Positions 37,200 to 51,082 of a DNA stretch of 64,000 bases are shown here, one piece after another. The notes below the pieces were generated by a model, which saw only the letters and a program-made list of their open reading frames with translations, was not told the DNA's origin and searched no databases. This DNA comes from Okamejei kenojei (taxonomy: Eukaryota): contig CM069143.1 in the NCBI GenBank assembly GCA_035221665.1, positions 46,748,001 through 46,812,000 of the forward strand, in the 5' to 3' direction. Each line of letters starts with the position of its first letter. Position 1 is the first letter of the stretch. The position numbers were made by a program, and so were the translations under genes.

Positions 37200-38410
37200 T
37201 TGCTGTGTGTTTGGATAGTCAGGGGAGGGGTGACGGGGTGAGAACAGGCAGTCATTGAGGGTGCAGCGTTGAGAAGTGTGACAGCCACAGGGAATGAAGC
37301 TGTCTGAGCCAGCTGTCTCGGCAGGCGGAGGGACTGTAGCGTCTCCCTGGATGGGAGAGGGTAAACAGTCTGTGGTTGGGGTGTGAGCTGCGCTGACGAT
37401 GCTGTGTGCTACCAGCGCAGGTGTCGGTTACTATGTGACTACGACCAATGGAAGGGGTAGTGAGGAGCGCTGTGATGCTTTTGAGGGCTGATCTTCAACA
37501 CCCTCTGGCAAGAAGGCTTTCTGGTCAGCAACACTTGGGGGGGAAAAAATCACAAAGAGTAGGGGGAATAAGTGTGTGGGGAATTTTTGGGTATTATAGG
37601 GTGGTGTTGTGTTGCCATACGCATACTGTGAGGCAGTTATAAGGATGCTCTCGATGGTGCAGCGTAGAAAGTTCACCAAATCTGAGACAGGTGACCTTCT
37701 TAATGTCTCTCAGGAAGAAGTAGACCACTGGTGAGCCTTCTTGATCAGGCGAAGATGTGTATGTGGGTCCAGGAGTAGGATAATCGTAGATGTTGACCCC
37801 CAAGAACCTGAAGGCTGGCGACACGTTCCACGTTCTATGTTGATATGATGGATGGGGGTTGTGGCATGCAGCCTCTCGATCTCCTGAAGTCAACAATGAG
37901 CTCATTGGTCTTCTTGGAGTTGAGGGCCAGGTTATTGTCGCACACCTATGCTGTTAGGAGCTGAACCATCCTCCCTGTAGGCCGACTCATCGGTTGTCGC
38001 TGATGAAGGCCATCACCTGTCGTGTAATCTGCATACTTGATGATAGTGTTGGTACCATGTACAGGTATGCAGTCGTAGGATGAAGAGGGAGTAGAGGAGG
38101 GGGCTCAGCACGCAGCCCTGGGGTACGCGCCAGTGTTCAGGGTGAGCGGAGAAGAGGAGTGGTTATCCAACCTAACAGACTGTGTCTGTTGTTAGAAAAT
38201 CCAGTAACCAATTGCAGAGGGAGGGGTTGATGCCCAGGTCATCGAGTTTGGCGATCAATTGAGGGGGATAATGGTGTTGAATGCTGAGCTGTAGTCGATG
38301 TACAGCATTCTCACATATTGTGTTTCTGTTTGTCTAGAGGTGGGAGAGTGGCAGCGGAGAAGAGTGTGAGTGCCGTTGAGATGGCATCCTCCGTACTCCT
38401 GTTCTTGCAA
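37200..38410 (-). mobile_element. Rex1/Babar-type LINE RT fragment in error-rich sequence
   Basis: Reverse strand shows DYSSAFNTI, G.PQGCVLSPLL, KYADDT-like, FRFLGV.I and NF.RCTIESIL remnants with many indels. Confidence 0.75.
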
Positions 38411-38829
38411 AGTTCTTGTTAAATCAGTGCTCTGGCACTATAGTGGCTAAATGCATTGAACATGGCGAGCGCTACGGCACATTCATTCTCACATCATCAT
38501 CTATAATTTCTCGTTCCGTTAAGCGCTAACGTAACTGAAGAAGGGCCCCCGACCCGACCCACCCTCATGACACCCATTCGATAACCACCCGCATCCCTCA
38601 ACTTCTCTCCTCCCAGATATGATGCTGCCTGTCCACTGAGTTACTCCAACTCCAAACTTGTGTCTCTCTCTGCCAGAACGTTCCTTTCTTCAAGCCCACC
38701 AACATGTTTCCACAAAGACTTCTCTCAGCCTCAGTAGTATTTGCAACTCCCTCTTTCTTCCCTGCAATCACACCTCATAACCCTCCTAGTTCTATTTTCT
38801 CTTTCTACTAAACTGATGACTTATTCTGT

Positions 38830-39035
38830 GGAATTCTTTGCCACAGAAGGGTGTGGAGGCCATCAATGGATATTTTCTATGGCAGAGATAGATAGATTCT
38901 TGATTAGTACGGGTGTCATTGGTTATGGGTAGAAGACAGGAGAATGGGGTTTGGAGGAAGAGATAGACCAGCCATGATAGAACAGCAGAGTAGACTTGAT
39001 GGGCCGAATGGCTTAATTCTGCTCCTATCATTCAT
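38830..39035 (+). mobile_element. CR1 3' end
   Basis: tctgtggaattctttgccacagaag...gatgggccgaatggcttaattctgctcctat. Confidence 0.75.
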
Positions 39036-40363
39036 GGCCTTATTTGACCATCATCTCTACCTTTGTAAGAGAAAAACACTTTCCTTCCATCTCTATAAAT
39101 TACTATACAATTTCCTGCCTCCCCTAGATAACGATTATATTTTTGCATGCCAAGTTCAGACTTTTTCCACAACTCTCTATCTATTGTCTTCCAATTATTA
39201 TTCCACCACAGTACTGAAGATCGTTCCAGGAATTTCTCTCTCTCCAACCTCGAGCTTTCTTTTAAAAAAAGAGCCAAGCATTCAATTAACCACTCCCAAG
39301 CAACTTTAGTTAGACATTCATTCCTTTATCTCTTTGATGTCCATATCATTACCCCTGCACTCCTTGCACCTCACCCCCACCATCCTCGCTCTCACTGGGA
39401 CATTTTCTAAAGAGGCCATATAAATGCACACTTATTAATATGTAGTTTTCTCCCATTACTGATGAATCAGATTAGATGGAAACCAGTCAGACGTTTACCA
39501 TGTTTAGTTCCCAGCCAAAAGATAAATAGCCCACATTATGCTGTTATCATATTCACATCATGCTTTTGGAATTAGATCTTTGGCACTTATTCTATGGCAT
39601 TGATCATGAATGCGACAACGTGTCCAGCACTCGAACAGTAAAATTGCTCAAGTTTGAAGTTAATGGCATTTTACTCATACAAATCCAGTTACCAAATTCA
39701 CCAGTTTGACTTGGGGTATACTCAATTATATTAATAGTTTAATGTACAGAGTGGGGCATGAAAGAGACATTGGACTTGTTAGCATAATTTTTTTTTACAT
39801 TCAGGAAACTAATCATTTATCACAGAGTTGCTTTGGGGAACCTTGCTTTTTGAAATTCAGACTAGTACAAAGACAAATCTTTAGTCAGTGGTTAATGCAG
39901 TTGGTCTTGTGACCTTGACAATTGACACTCATGATGACAAAGACAGACGCCAATGTAGTACAGTAAGACTTGGTGTTAAACAAAATAGAGCAGCCGAGTT
40001 TTAAACATGTGGAGTAGAAAAGACAATAAGCTGAAGGTTAATGGTGGGTTGGGGTAGGCAATAAGGAAACCAAAATGTGCCGTGGCTGGGTGAAATAAAG
40101 AAAAAGCTGAGGGAATGGCTAGGTTTAAGCCTATTATTGTCATATGTACTGAGGTACAGTGAAAAGCTTTGTTTTGCTTACTAACCAATCAAATAATACA
40201 TAAATACAATCAACCCAAACCCAAGTACAATTGGCAGTGAAGGAAAATATACAAAGTGCAGCATATAGTTTGCAGAGCCATCTGATGAAATTACCCTTTT
40301 TTCTCACACTACTTGTCATAATATATTTTTAATTAATTAAAATAATTGATCAAAATTACAATT

Positions 40364-43300
40364 ATAAAATCCTTGGGGGAATCATGATTTCCTCCCAAGC
40401 ATTTTATAATAAAAAGAATCGTAAGGATCAACAAGATTTGGAAAAGGAGATTAAACAATTAGATATACAGAATGCAGCGAAGCCAACTACAATACTACAT
40501 AATAAAATTGCAGCATTGAAATATAAATTAAATAAAATATATACAGATCAAGTTGTTAAACTTTATCAACATACTAAACAATTACAGTTTGAATTCGGTG
40601 ATAAACCTCAAAAATTATTGGCTCGCCAACTAAGGAAAATGGAAGCTGAAAATATAATCCATAGGATTAAATCACATAATGGCGAATTGTTAACACAACC
40701 TAAAGATATTAATGAAAGATTTATGCAATATTATAAAAACTTATACACTGCTAAAATAACAGAAAATAAAATAGGAATAGAAGCATTTAAAAAAAATGTA
40801 ACCTGAAAGGGTTGGATTTACAAAATAGAGAGTTACTGAATGCTGATATTTCGATAAATGAAATCCAAGAATCAATCAGATCATTAAAAAACGGTAAAAC
40901 ACCGGGACCTGATGGCATTGGCTCGGAATTTTATAAAATATTCTATGATCAGATTGTACCACGTCTGAAATCATTATATGAACATATATATACACAGCAA
41001 AAACTACCAGAAACATTAAATTAATCTACTATAAGTTTTACCTAAAATAAACAAAGACTTGGATGAACCAGGGTCATTTAGAGCAATAGTTCTTTTAAAT
41101 ACTGATCAAAAGATATTAACTAAAATATTAGCACAAAGGTTAAGCTCAGTTGTTAATAAATTAATTCATCCCGATCAAACAGGATTTATACCAAAACGAT
41201 ACTCTTCATATAATTTGAGACGGTTATTTAATATTATATACTCGAAAAGAGGTATTAATAAAGATCTAGTAGTTATTTCGTTAGATGCAGAGAAAGCCTT
41301 CAATCAAGTGGAATGGCCTTATTTGTTCTCGGTTATGGAAGCTTTCAAACTGGGAGAAAAGTTTATTACCTGGATCAAATTGCTATATACAAATCCGACA
41401 GCTAGAATAATAACAAATCGAATGTTATCACCTAAATTCAATCTATCTCGACAAGGTTGCCCTTTATCCCCTTTACTGTTTGCACTGGCAATAGAACCCC
41501 TAGCTCAGAGGATGAGATCACATCCGGAAATACATGGATATATATTTATCGACCAGAGAAGGGGTTGTGCTGGACCTCCTGTTAGGAAATGAGGCAGGTC
41601 AGGTGACGGAGGTATGCGTTGGTGAGCACTTCGGGACCAGCGATCACAATACCATTAGTTTCAATATAATTATGGAGAGAGTCAGAACTGGACCTAGGGT
41701 GGAGATTTTTGATTGGAGAAAGGCTAACTTTGAGGGAATGCGTAAGGACTTTAAAGGAGTGAATTGGGACACTTTGTTTCATGGGAAGGATGTAGAAGAG
41801 AAATGGAGGACATTTAAAAGGGGAAATTGTAAGAGTACAGAATCTTTATGTCCCTGTTAGGTTGAAAAGGAAATAGTAAAAATTGGAAAGAGCCATGGTT
41901 TTCAAGGGAAATTGGACACTTGTTTCGAAAAAAGAGAGATATCTAGAATAATTATAGGAGGCATGGAGTAAATGAGGTGCTAAGAGTATAAAGAATGTAA
42001 AAAGAATCTTAAGAAAGAAATTAGGTAAGGCTAAAAGAAGATATGAGGTTGCTTTGGCAAGAAAGGTGAAAGTAACCCAAAGGGTTTCTACAGCTATACT
42101 AATAGCAAAAGGATAACGAGGGATAAAATTGGACCATTAGAGAACCAGAATGGACAGCTATCTGCAGAGCCAAAAGAGATGGGGGGGAGATATTGAACAA
42201 TTTCTTTTCTTCGGTATTCACCTAGGAGAAGGATATTGAACTCGGTGAGTTAAGGGGAAAAAGTAGAGTAGCTATGGAAACTATGAGAGCCAAAGAGGAG
42301 GAAGTACTGACACTTTTGAAAAAATAAAAGTGGATAAGTCTCCAGGTCCTGACAGGATATTCCCAAGGACATTGAGGGAAGTTAGTGTAGAAATAGCAGG
42401 AGCTATGACAAATATTCAAATGTCCATTAGAAACGGGAATAGTGCCGGAGGATTGGCGTACTGCGCATGTTGTTCCATTGTTTAAAAAAGGGTTCAAAGA
42501 ATAAACCTAGCAAATTATAGACCTATTAGTTTGACGTCAGTGGTGGGCAAATTAATGGAAAGGATACTTAGAATAATATATATAAAGCTCATCTGGATAA
42601 ACAGGGTCTGATCAGGAACAGTCAACATGGATTTGTGCCTGGAAGGTCATGTTTGACAAACTTCTTGAATTTTTTTTGAAGCGGTAACTAGGGAAATTTG
42701 ATGAGGGTAAAGCAGTGGATGTTGTCTATATGGATTTCAGTAAGGCCTTTGACAAGTTCCCCATGGAAGGTTGGTTAAGAAGGTTCAATCTTTGGGTGTT
42801 AATGGCGGAGTAGCAAGATGGATTCAACAGTGGCTGAATGGGAGATGTCAGAGAGTAATGGTGGATGGCTGTTTGTCAGGTTGGAAGCCGGTGACCAGTG
42901 GGGTGCCTCAGGGATCTGTGTTGGGGTCCACTGTTGTTTGTCATGTACATCAATGATCTGGATGATGGGGTGGAAAATGGATAAGTAAGTATGCAGATGA
43001 TAGGTGGTGTTGTGATAATGAAGTAGATTTTCAAAGTCTACAGAGAGATTTGGGCATTTGGAAAAGTGGGCTGAAAGATGGCAGATGGAGTTTAATGCTG
43101 ATAAGTGTGAAGTCTACATCTTGGCAGGACAAATCAAAATAGGACGTACATGGTAAATGGTAGGGAATTGAGGAATGCTGTGGAACAGAGGGATCTAGGA
43201 ATAACTGTGCATAGTTTCCCTGAAGGTGGTAATCGCATGTAGATAAGGTGGTAAAGAAAGCCTTTGGTGTGCTGGCCTTTATAAATCAGAGCCATTGAAT

Positions 43301-45990
43301 ATAGGAGTAGGGAAGTAATGTTAAAATTGTACAAGGCATTGGTAAGACCAATTCTGGAGTATGGTGTACAATTTTGGTCGCCTAGTTATAGGAAGGATGT
43401 CAACAAAATAGAGAGAGTACAGAGGAGATTTACTAGAATCTTGCCAGGGTTCCAGCAACTATGTTACAGAGAGAAAGGTTGAACAAGTTAGGTCTTTATT
43501 CTTTGGAGCGCAGAAGATTAAGGGGGGACTTGATTGAGGTCTTTAAAATGATGAAAGGGATAGACAGAGTTGACGTGGATACGTTTTTCCCATTGAGGGT
43601 AGGGAAGATTCAAACAAGAGGGCATGACATGAGAATTAAGGGACAGAAGTTTCGGGGTAACGTGAGGGGGAACTTCTGTACTCAGAGGGTGGTGGCTGTG
43701 TGGAATTAGCTTCCAGCAGAAGTGGTGGAGGCAGGATCGATTTTAACATTTAAGAGTAAAGTTTATAGGTATATGTACGTGAAGGGAATGGAGGGGTATG
43801 GTCTGAGTGCAGGTAGATGGGACTAGGGGAAAACACGGACTGGAAGGGCCGAGAGGGTCTGTTTCCGTGCTGTAATTGTTATATGGTTATATGGATACGA
43901 TCCTAGAGACACTAAAAATAAAATTTCTTTATATGCGGATGATGTATTACTTTACATCACAAAACCAGAAACCAATATTTGAAATTTGTTAAAATTAATA
44001 ACTGAATTTGGATCCTACTCAGGATATAGTATCAATTGGAATAAAAGTGAACTTATGCCAATAACGGTAAATAACTTACACATATTACAACAATTCCCTT
44101 TTAAGATAACAAATGAAAAAATTAAATATCTTGGAATTTTCGTAACAAAAAGATTTGACATTATTTTTAAATCTAATTTCCCACCATTATTGAATAAATT
44201 AAATAAGAATATCTTATATTGGAAAACTTTACCTATTTCAATGTTAGGTAAAATTAATATAATAAAATTGTTTTTTCTTCCACAATTATTATTACCTTTT
44301 TCCAATTAAATTCCGATATATCTCCCTAAAAATGTATTTAAAAAGGTGACTCCCTAGTCACTAACTTCATTTGGGATATAAGAGCCATAGAATAAATAAA
44401 AAACATTTATGTAAATCAAAAATAAATGGAGGTCTAGCACTACCAAATTTTATGTTTTATTATTGGGCAGTCAACATTAAAAATATGAATTTTTGGTTAG
44501 AAGAAATAGATAACCAACCAACTTGGTTAAATTTATGGAAAAAAAAGAAGATTGTTCTCCTTTTGAAATTAGTTCTATAATATTTGCTAATATTAATCTA
44601 GCTAAGAGAAAACTTATAGTGAAAACTATGATAATAAGAAAGTGGAATACGTATTTGGGAAAACAAATAAAGAAAACATTTTAAAACTAAAATCTATACC
44701 ACTATCTCTTAGCATTGTAAAATAAATGTTACGTTTAAACCTTCAATGATGGATAAAAGCTTTTTTACAATGGAAAAATAATGGAAAATTTTATTAAGGT
44801 CGGAAGATCTCTATGAGGAAAACTCCTTCCTTTCATTTCAAGATCTACAACAAAATTATGGACTACACTCTAAGGATTATTTTAGATATTTACAAAATTA
44901 GAGATTATGTTAAAGCAAATACGCAGGAACTCAAAATAGAAAAGACAGAAATTGTAGATAAATGCTTAAATAAACATCCAAATACAGAAAAAATGATTTT
45001 TCATATATATATATATATATATAAAACATGTTATTGAAGGTGATGTTCGATCACAGAAAATACATAGACAATCTTAGGAAAATGATTTATGCCAAATTAT
45101 TAGACCAAGAAGTATGGGATAAAGTTTACAACATATACACCATTGTTCGCTAAATGCTAAACACTCATCTTAGTACAGTTTAAAATACTACATACTTACT
45201 TAGACTTAGACTTACTTATTCAAAAGAATCTAAATTACATAACATTTTTGCCAAAGTATCTCTTATATGTGATTAACATGTCCAACATTTAGAAGCCAAC
45301 TTGTCACACTCATTTACAAACTGTATAAAAAATACAAAATTCTGGATAGAAATATTTAGGATAATTTCGAATGTTGTTAATATAATTTTGACACCCGATT
45401 CAAAGTTAATAATACTAGGAATACTGGAAACAGACCAATTAATAACAATGAATCAAAGAATTTTTATTGATTATGGGTTAGGTTTTTTTGATAATTGGGG
45501 AAAAATTAATATTACAATTTTGGAAAGGCCCTACATCCCCTACAATCAAAATGTGGAATACAGAAATGTCGGAGACTCTTCATCTGGAGAGATTGAGGCT
45601 TGTCCTAATGGACGGGTTTGATCTCTTCAGAGGGATATGGTCTCCATATATTGAATATTTACAGTCATAATGGCTCGGTACGAGGGCTTGACTGAGGCTG
45701 AATATTAGAATGGATGAAGAAATATATATAATAAATCATGCCTATATCTCCAATGACGGATTAATGATTAACACTCCATTCGCTTTCATATTTTCTTCAT
45801 TATTTATCTCTATCTTTTCCTACTTTATAAAAAAAATTTAAAAAGCGTATAGAAGCATATAGTCTTAAATTTTAATATTAATAATATCAATATTATTAAT
45901 ATCATGAAAGTATATAATGATGTATTTTCATTTATGTAAAACATTGTAATTTTCATAAATATGTTTCTATAATAAAAAATATTTAACATA
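40364..45990 (+). mobile_element. 5'-truncated L1-clade LINE (second subfamily) with 12-bp TSD, split by a CR1 insertion
   Basis: ORF2 pieces 40384-41540 (FGDKPQKLLARQL, KTPGPDG, SLDAEKAF, RQGCPLSPLLF). Resumes at 43891 (GYD..TKNKISLYADD) and runs to 45670. AATAAA at about 45971. TSD AAAATTACAATT at 40352-40363 and 45991-46002. Confidence 0.92.
41541..43890 (+). mobile_element. 5'-truncated CR1 LINE nested in the L1
   Basis: EN C-terminus (LDLLLGNE...GTSDHN), KSPGPD, NYRPISLTS, QHGF, DFSKAFD, SGVPQGSVLG, YADD, and RRRLRGDLIEVFK...TRGH. Tail (gttatatg)n. ATGGATA is present at both junctions. Confidence 0.92.
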
Positions 45991-46752
45991 AAAATTACAA
46001 TTTTATTAATCGCAAATCAACCAAAGCTCAAGACTAGATATGAGTACCAGATGAAATTAATACTTTCAGATCCACAATCCAAAGTGTTTTGGGAATTATT
46101 TACAATCTTATTTCTTTACATTTGCGTAACCTTAGATGTGAAAAAAGACAATTGTCAATAGTGAAACAAATGACTCAATAGAAAGAGCAAAAATAATCAA
46201 ACATTTAAACTGTTCAAAAAAAAATCCACATGCAAAATAATGCTTCAAATAATCTTCATTTGTACTTGTTGAGGAATGGAATATGAAATAGAACTCCATT
46301 AAAAGCTATGAAAACACACCAAAAAGAGGAAAGGGAAGAACTTTCCTTTCCTCAAAGCCCTCAGGAACAATCTAGGGCTGCACACTGGAGTTCTAAAATT
46401 CTCCAAATCAAAAGAAAACAAAGAAATCAAACTTAAAACATATTCTTGCTGCTCTTTTAGATATCATTAGTTACATTGAAAGTACTCAAAACAACCCTAC
46501 AAAAGGAACTAGTTAGCTTACATTATTAGCACAATAACTGGCTACAGATAACAAAAGAAAGATATGTATTTCTATTATGGTTTTTCTTTACACTGGGACA
46601 TTACAAATCAAATTACAACTCATGAAGAGTCTACAGGGTTGTGATACAAGAAAGTGGCCAAATTGCATACCACAGGGTCCCACAAATAGAAATGTAATCA
46701 TCTTTCAATGATGTTGATTGAGGCATTAATATTGGCTGCAAGCAAGGATAAC

Positions 46753-46885
46753 GGTCTGAAGAAGGGTCTCGAACCAAAAAGTCACCCATTCCTTTTCTCC
46801 AGAGATGCTGTTTGACCCACTGAATTACTCCATCTTTTTATGTCTATCTTCGGTTTAAGCCAGCATTTGCAGTTCCTTCCTATAC
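46753..46885 (+). mobile_element. Penelope-derived element with a mutated hammerhead core
   Basis: ggt-CTGAAGA-agggtctcgaacc-aaaaa-GTC-acc (stem I ggt/acc) followed by the family arm. Confidence 0.7.
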
Positions 46886-47294
46886 ACCCCCCACATTTCA
46901 TTTTTGGAATAGACCCAAGAGATCTTTTAGGTCCACCTGGCCACAGTTAGGGCCAAAAATGGGGCATCTTATTCAAGAAACTTTGCCTCTCACAGTGGAA
47001 CCACAATAAATACTTAAAAATTACAACAAAAACAAAAATCAGCAGCCAAATAATTTACTTTCAAGTAAACTGGAAACAGCTACAAAATGGATCAAGGGTC
47101 ATGCGTTAATATTAGAAAATTAAATATCTTGACAATACTTCAATATATTGTGAGCCCAATGATTGCTGCAGACTCACAACGAATAGAAGAATGCAATGTC
47201 CAGTAATCCCTTCAAGAATAATTACACATTCAACTATTTATAGAAATACTGTGCCGAACCTCTGTTACTGAGACCAAGGATAAATTATGTAATG

Positions 47295-47704
47295 CATAGA
47301 AACATAGAAACATAGAAACATAGAAATTAGGTGCAGGAGTAGGCCATTCAGCCCTTCGAGCCTGCACCGCCATTCAATATGATCATGGCTGATCATCCAA
47401 CTCAGTATCCCGTACCTGCCTTCTCTCCATACCCTCTGATCCCCTTAGCCACAAGGGCCACATCCAACTCACTCTTAAATATAGCCAATGAACTGGCCTC
47501 AACTACCCTCTGTGGCAGAGAGTTCCAGAGACTCACCACTCTCTGTGTGAAAAAAGTCTTTCTCATCTCGGTCTTAAAGGATTTCCCCCTTATCCTTAAG
47601 CTGTGACCCCTTGTCCTGGACTTCCCCAACATCGGGAACAATCTTCCTGCATCTAGCCTGTCCAACCCCTTAAGAATTTTGTAAGTTTCTATAAGATCCC
47701 CTCT
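47295..47704 (-). mobile_element. CR1 3' end, young, with (CATAGAAA)n tail
   Basis: ORF 47402-47665 DRLDAGRLFPMLGKSRTRGH...; tail repeats at 47295-47326. Confidence 0.92.
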
Positions 47705-48624
47705 GATAACTTATCAGAACTGAGTAATAGACTGAAATTTTAAAGTGATAGTTTTGCCATTTACTGGTTTACCAAGGAAAGAAATTCCCGACCAACTTGA
47801 AGGGCAGGAAATCATACACACACTGCAAAATGGTTAAACTTGAAGATAAAGTTAACAAACAAGGGACAGTCTATTACAGGTGAAATGCAATAAAAACAAA
47901 TGCAGGGCACTGAATATGGATGATCGTGGAACTCCATGAAAAACCGTAGTGTACATTATATCAATGGTTAAAGACACAGATTGTAATCAGCAAGGAAACA
48001 CAATCCTCAACAAACATTGCAGGTTAAAATAGTACAAATTGGAGAATATCATACCAACAGTATGGTCACCTAGATACAAACTCTGGAGGACAGAATGGTG
48101 CTGAAGTTTGAATGACCTCAGAACTTCAACTTCAAAGAGCTCAGCCTTGAAAAATGCTTTAGGTTAAATCTTAACAATACAAGACTGGTGAATAACAAAT
48201 TTAAAAATCAATGTCAGATGAACTTCTAAATGCAGTTGAGGATGTGAATGCCTTGAAGTGATCTAAACACCAGCTGCGACTTGTGGGGAGATTTTTCTCA
48301 ATGTACAAATTAAAATAAATGGTTCTCTCCTATATTTATCTGCAAGACCTTCTGGTAATTTGTTTCTGAAACTGGATGCAATCATCTGCAGGCTAAATAA
48401 TTTTCATCCTGAGAACAAGTAGTGTTCTTTCAAAAGAAACAGCTGGAGTCTAATGATGTTAGACCATTGTTGCTTAGATGTCCTACTGTTAATCACAAAA
48501 TGATTTAAAAAATGTCTTCTTGTAAGCAATTGAAGGTGACCATTCAGTATTTTCCCCATTCACTCTTTATATTCAGTTATATTATTATTAAAGGGTTTAA
48601 CTACATAAAAAGTTATCATTCTTA

Positions 48625-48900
48625 GAATTTAGAGGGGGGGGGGGGAGGGGAGGGGGGAGGGAGAGAGAAAGGGAAAGGGAAAGGGAGGCGGATGAGGAGC
48701 CGCCGGAGAGCGGAGAACTGGCGACCCGGACATGGATATCGGGCGGAGACGGAGAGTGACAGAGAGACGGGCCCGCTCAGAGTTGAACGATAGCTGTCCC
48801 GGGTGCTTGCCAAGCCGAACAAAATGGCACGGCTTTTAGGTTGCCCGGCGGGACTTTAGGTCGCCATTGGCATCCGGGCAACCGTTAATTTCTAGCCCTG
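48625..48900. mobile_element. GC-rich segment ending in an hAT-like terminus
   Basis: Ends in ggcaaccgttaatttctagccctg (reverse CAGGGCTAG...). Shares the cagggct terminus and ttttaggttgcc with 63326-63390. Confidence 0.4.
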
Positions 48901-49334
48901 CCAGCGTTCGCAGAGAACCTCCGGGGTCATCGGGGACACACACACAAAGATCAGAGTTTTATAAGTTATATGATTTAATAAATCCCTCATGGTGGGCTTC
49001 ACGATGTACAGGATTCACGATGACATGGTCAGATGAATTCACAGCTGGCTTATTCATAGAAATCAGAGGATTGTGGTGGAAGGTAGATATTTTGGCAGGT
49101 GCATGACCAATATTTTTCATCCCTTTTTTATCCTCTTGTGAATGGACTGAGGTGCTGGTTTACTGCTTACAACCAGCCCTTGCATATCTCAACCAGGTGC
49201 CAGAGAGTGAAGGCAGGTTTAGAGTATCTCAGCCAAGCCTAATCAAAAGTTCAGGTGCGTTTACTTAAAAAGACTACAAATAGATTGGAAAAAGAATCAA
49301 AAGAATGGACTTTCAGGGACTTGACAGTCAACTG

Positions 49335-50096
49335 TCAAATTATCTAAATGGTGGCCGATTAGGAAAAGGGGAGATGCAGCAAGACCTGGGTGTCATGGTA
49401 TACCAGTTATTGAAAGTAGGCATGCATGTGCAGCAGGCAGTGAAGAAAGCGAATGGTATGTTAGCTTTCATAGCAAAAGGATTTGAGTATAGGAGAGGGA
49501 GGTTCTACTTCAGTTGTATAGGGTCTTGGTGAGACCACACCTGGAGTATTGCGTACAGTTCTAGTCTCCAAATCTGAGAAAGGACATTATTGCCATAGAG
49601 GGAGTGCAGAGAAGGTTCACCTGGGATGTCAGGACTGTCTTATGAAGAAAGACTGGATAGACTCGGTTTATACTCTCTAGAATATAGGCGATTGAGAGGG
49701 GATCTTATAGAAACTTACAAAATTCTTAAGGGGTTGGACAGGCTAGATGCAGGAAGATTGTTCCCGATGTTGGGGAAGTCCAGGACAAGGGGTCACAGCT
49801 TAAGGATAAAGGGGAAATCCTTTAAGACCGAGATGAGAAAGACTTTTTTCACACAGAGAGTGGTGAGTCTCTGGAACTCTCTGCCACAGAGGGTAGTTGA
49901 GGCCAGTTCATTGGCTATATGTAAGAATGAGTTAGATGTGGCCCTTGTGGCTAAGGGGATCAGGGGGTATGGAGAGAAGGCAGGTGCGGGATACTGAGTT
50001 GGATGATCAGCCATGATCATACTGAATGGCAGTGCAGGCTCGAAGGGCCGAATGGCCTACTCCTACACCTAATTTTTATGTTTCTATGTTTCTATG
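49335..50096 (+). mobile_element. CR1 3' portion, young, with (TTTCTATG)n tail
   Basis: ORFs 49305-49532 and 49626-49997 (LSYEERLDRLGLYSLE.RRLRGDLIE...). Confidence 0.92.
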
Positions 50097-50654
50097 TAAC
50101 TGCTGTGTACCAGCCCGACGCAGCATACCCAAAGAGCTCAAGCCAGATGTCTGCCAGCTTTACAAACCCAGTATCACAGTGATCACTACGTTCACTGACT
50201 GAGCTATTGGGAAAGCTGAGCTTTTCAGTTCTGATGTTTGCAAGCATTGGATAAAAGATGCAAAGAGACACGGATTATTTTAATTGACCAAAATATCAGC
50301 GAATACAAATTGGAAAGTTGTCCTGGCTACAGGCAAGATGTTTCCATGGAGAAACTGCAAAGTACCATATAAGCTCCTGTGTAAGAGACATTCACCGCTG
50401 TCAGCTTTCATCAAACAATTCAATTGGTTATCTGGCATGTCCACTTTGTTCAAACAGCCAAGTCTAAACTGGCAGCAAAGAATTGTATATACTGTAAACT
50501 ATTACATTGGAGTTTCTGTTCAAGTTCGAAATACTGTTGTCATGTTTTCCCTGTTCTAATTTGCAGGGGTAATCCCATCTATCCTGGGGTCATGTTGGAG
50601 TAGATGCTTTCCAATGGCAAGTCTTTGATGAGGTTGATTTCATGAGTAAACACA

Positions 50655-50762
50655 GGAACTGCAGACGTCGGTGAACAAAAAAAGCCACAAAGTGCTGGAG
50701 TAACATAGCAGGTCAGGCCGCATCTCTGGAGAACCTGGATAAGCAGTGTTTTGCGTTGGGAT
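50655..50762 (-). mobile_element. Penelope-derived element arm
   Basis: aggaactgcagac...cacaaagtgctggagtaacatagcaggtcaggccgcatctctggagaacctggat. Confidence 0.6.
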
Positions 50763-51082
50763 CAATTTCAAAATCAATGGTCTGAAACACCATTCTTATT
50801 GTTCTTATTTATTCACAGTGCAAATAAAGATTTTACTTCGGAGTCACGTGAGTGACTACGTGAAGAAGGCCCGCCTGGCGCTGGAACGGCATTACGTCGA
50901 CGCTGACGGCAGAAGCAGGAGTTGCAGAACGCAGCTCCTCGCAGCGGTCGGAACGGACCCGCAGGTAAGTGTAGGTAAAGTGGGGACGTTCTAAAAAAGA
51001 CGTTACGCTGGTAAGACCAGCAAAAAAGTGAAAGTAAAAGTAAAAATCAGAGTCACGCTGGCGTACTGATTTAGCCAGATAA

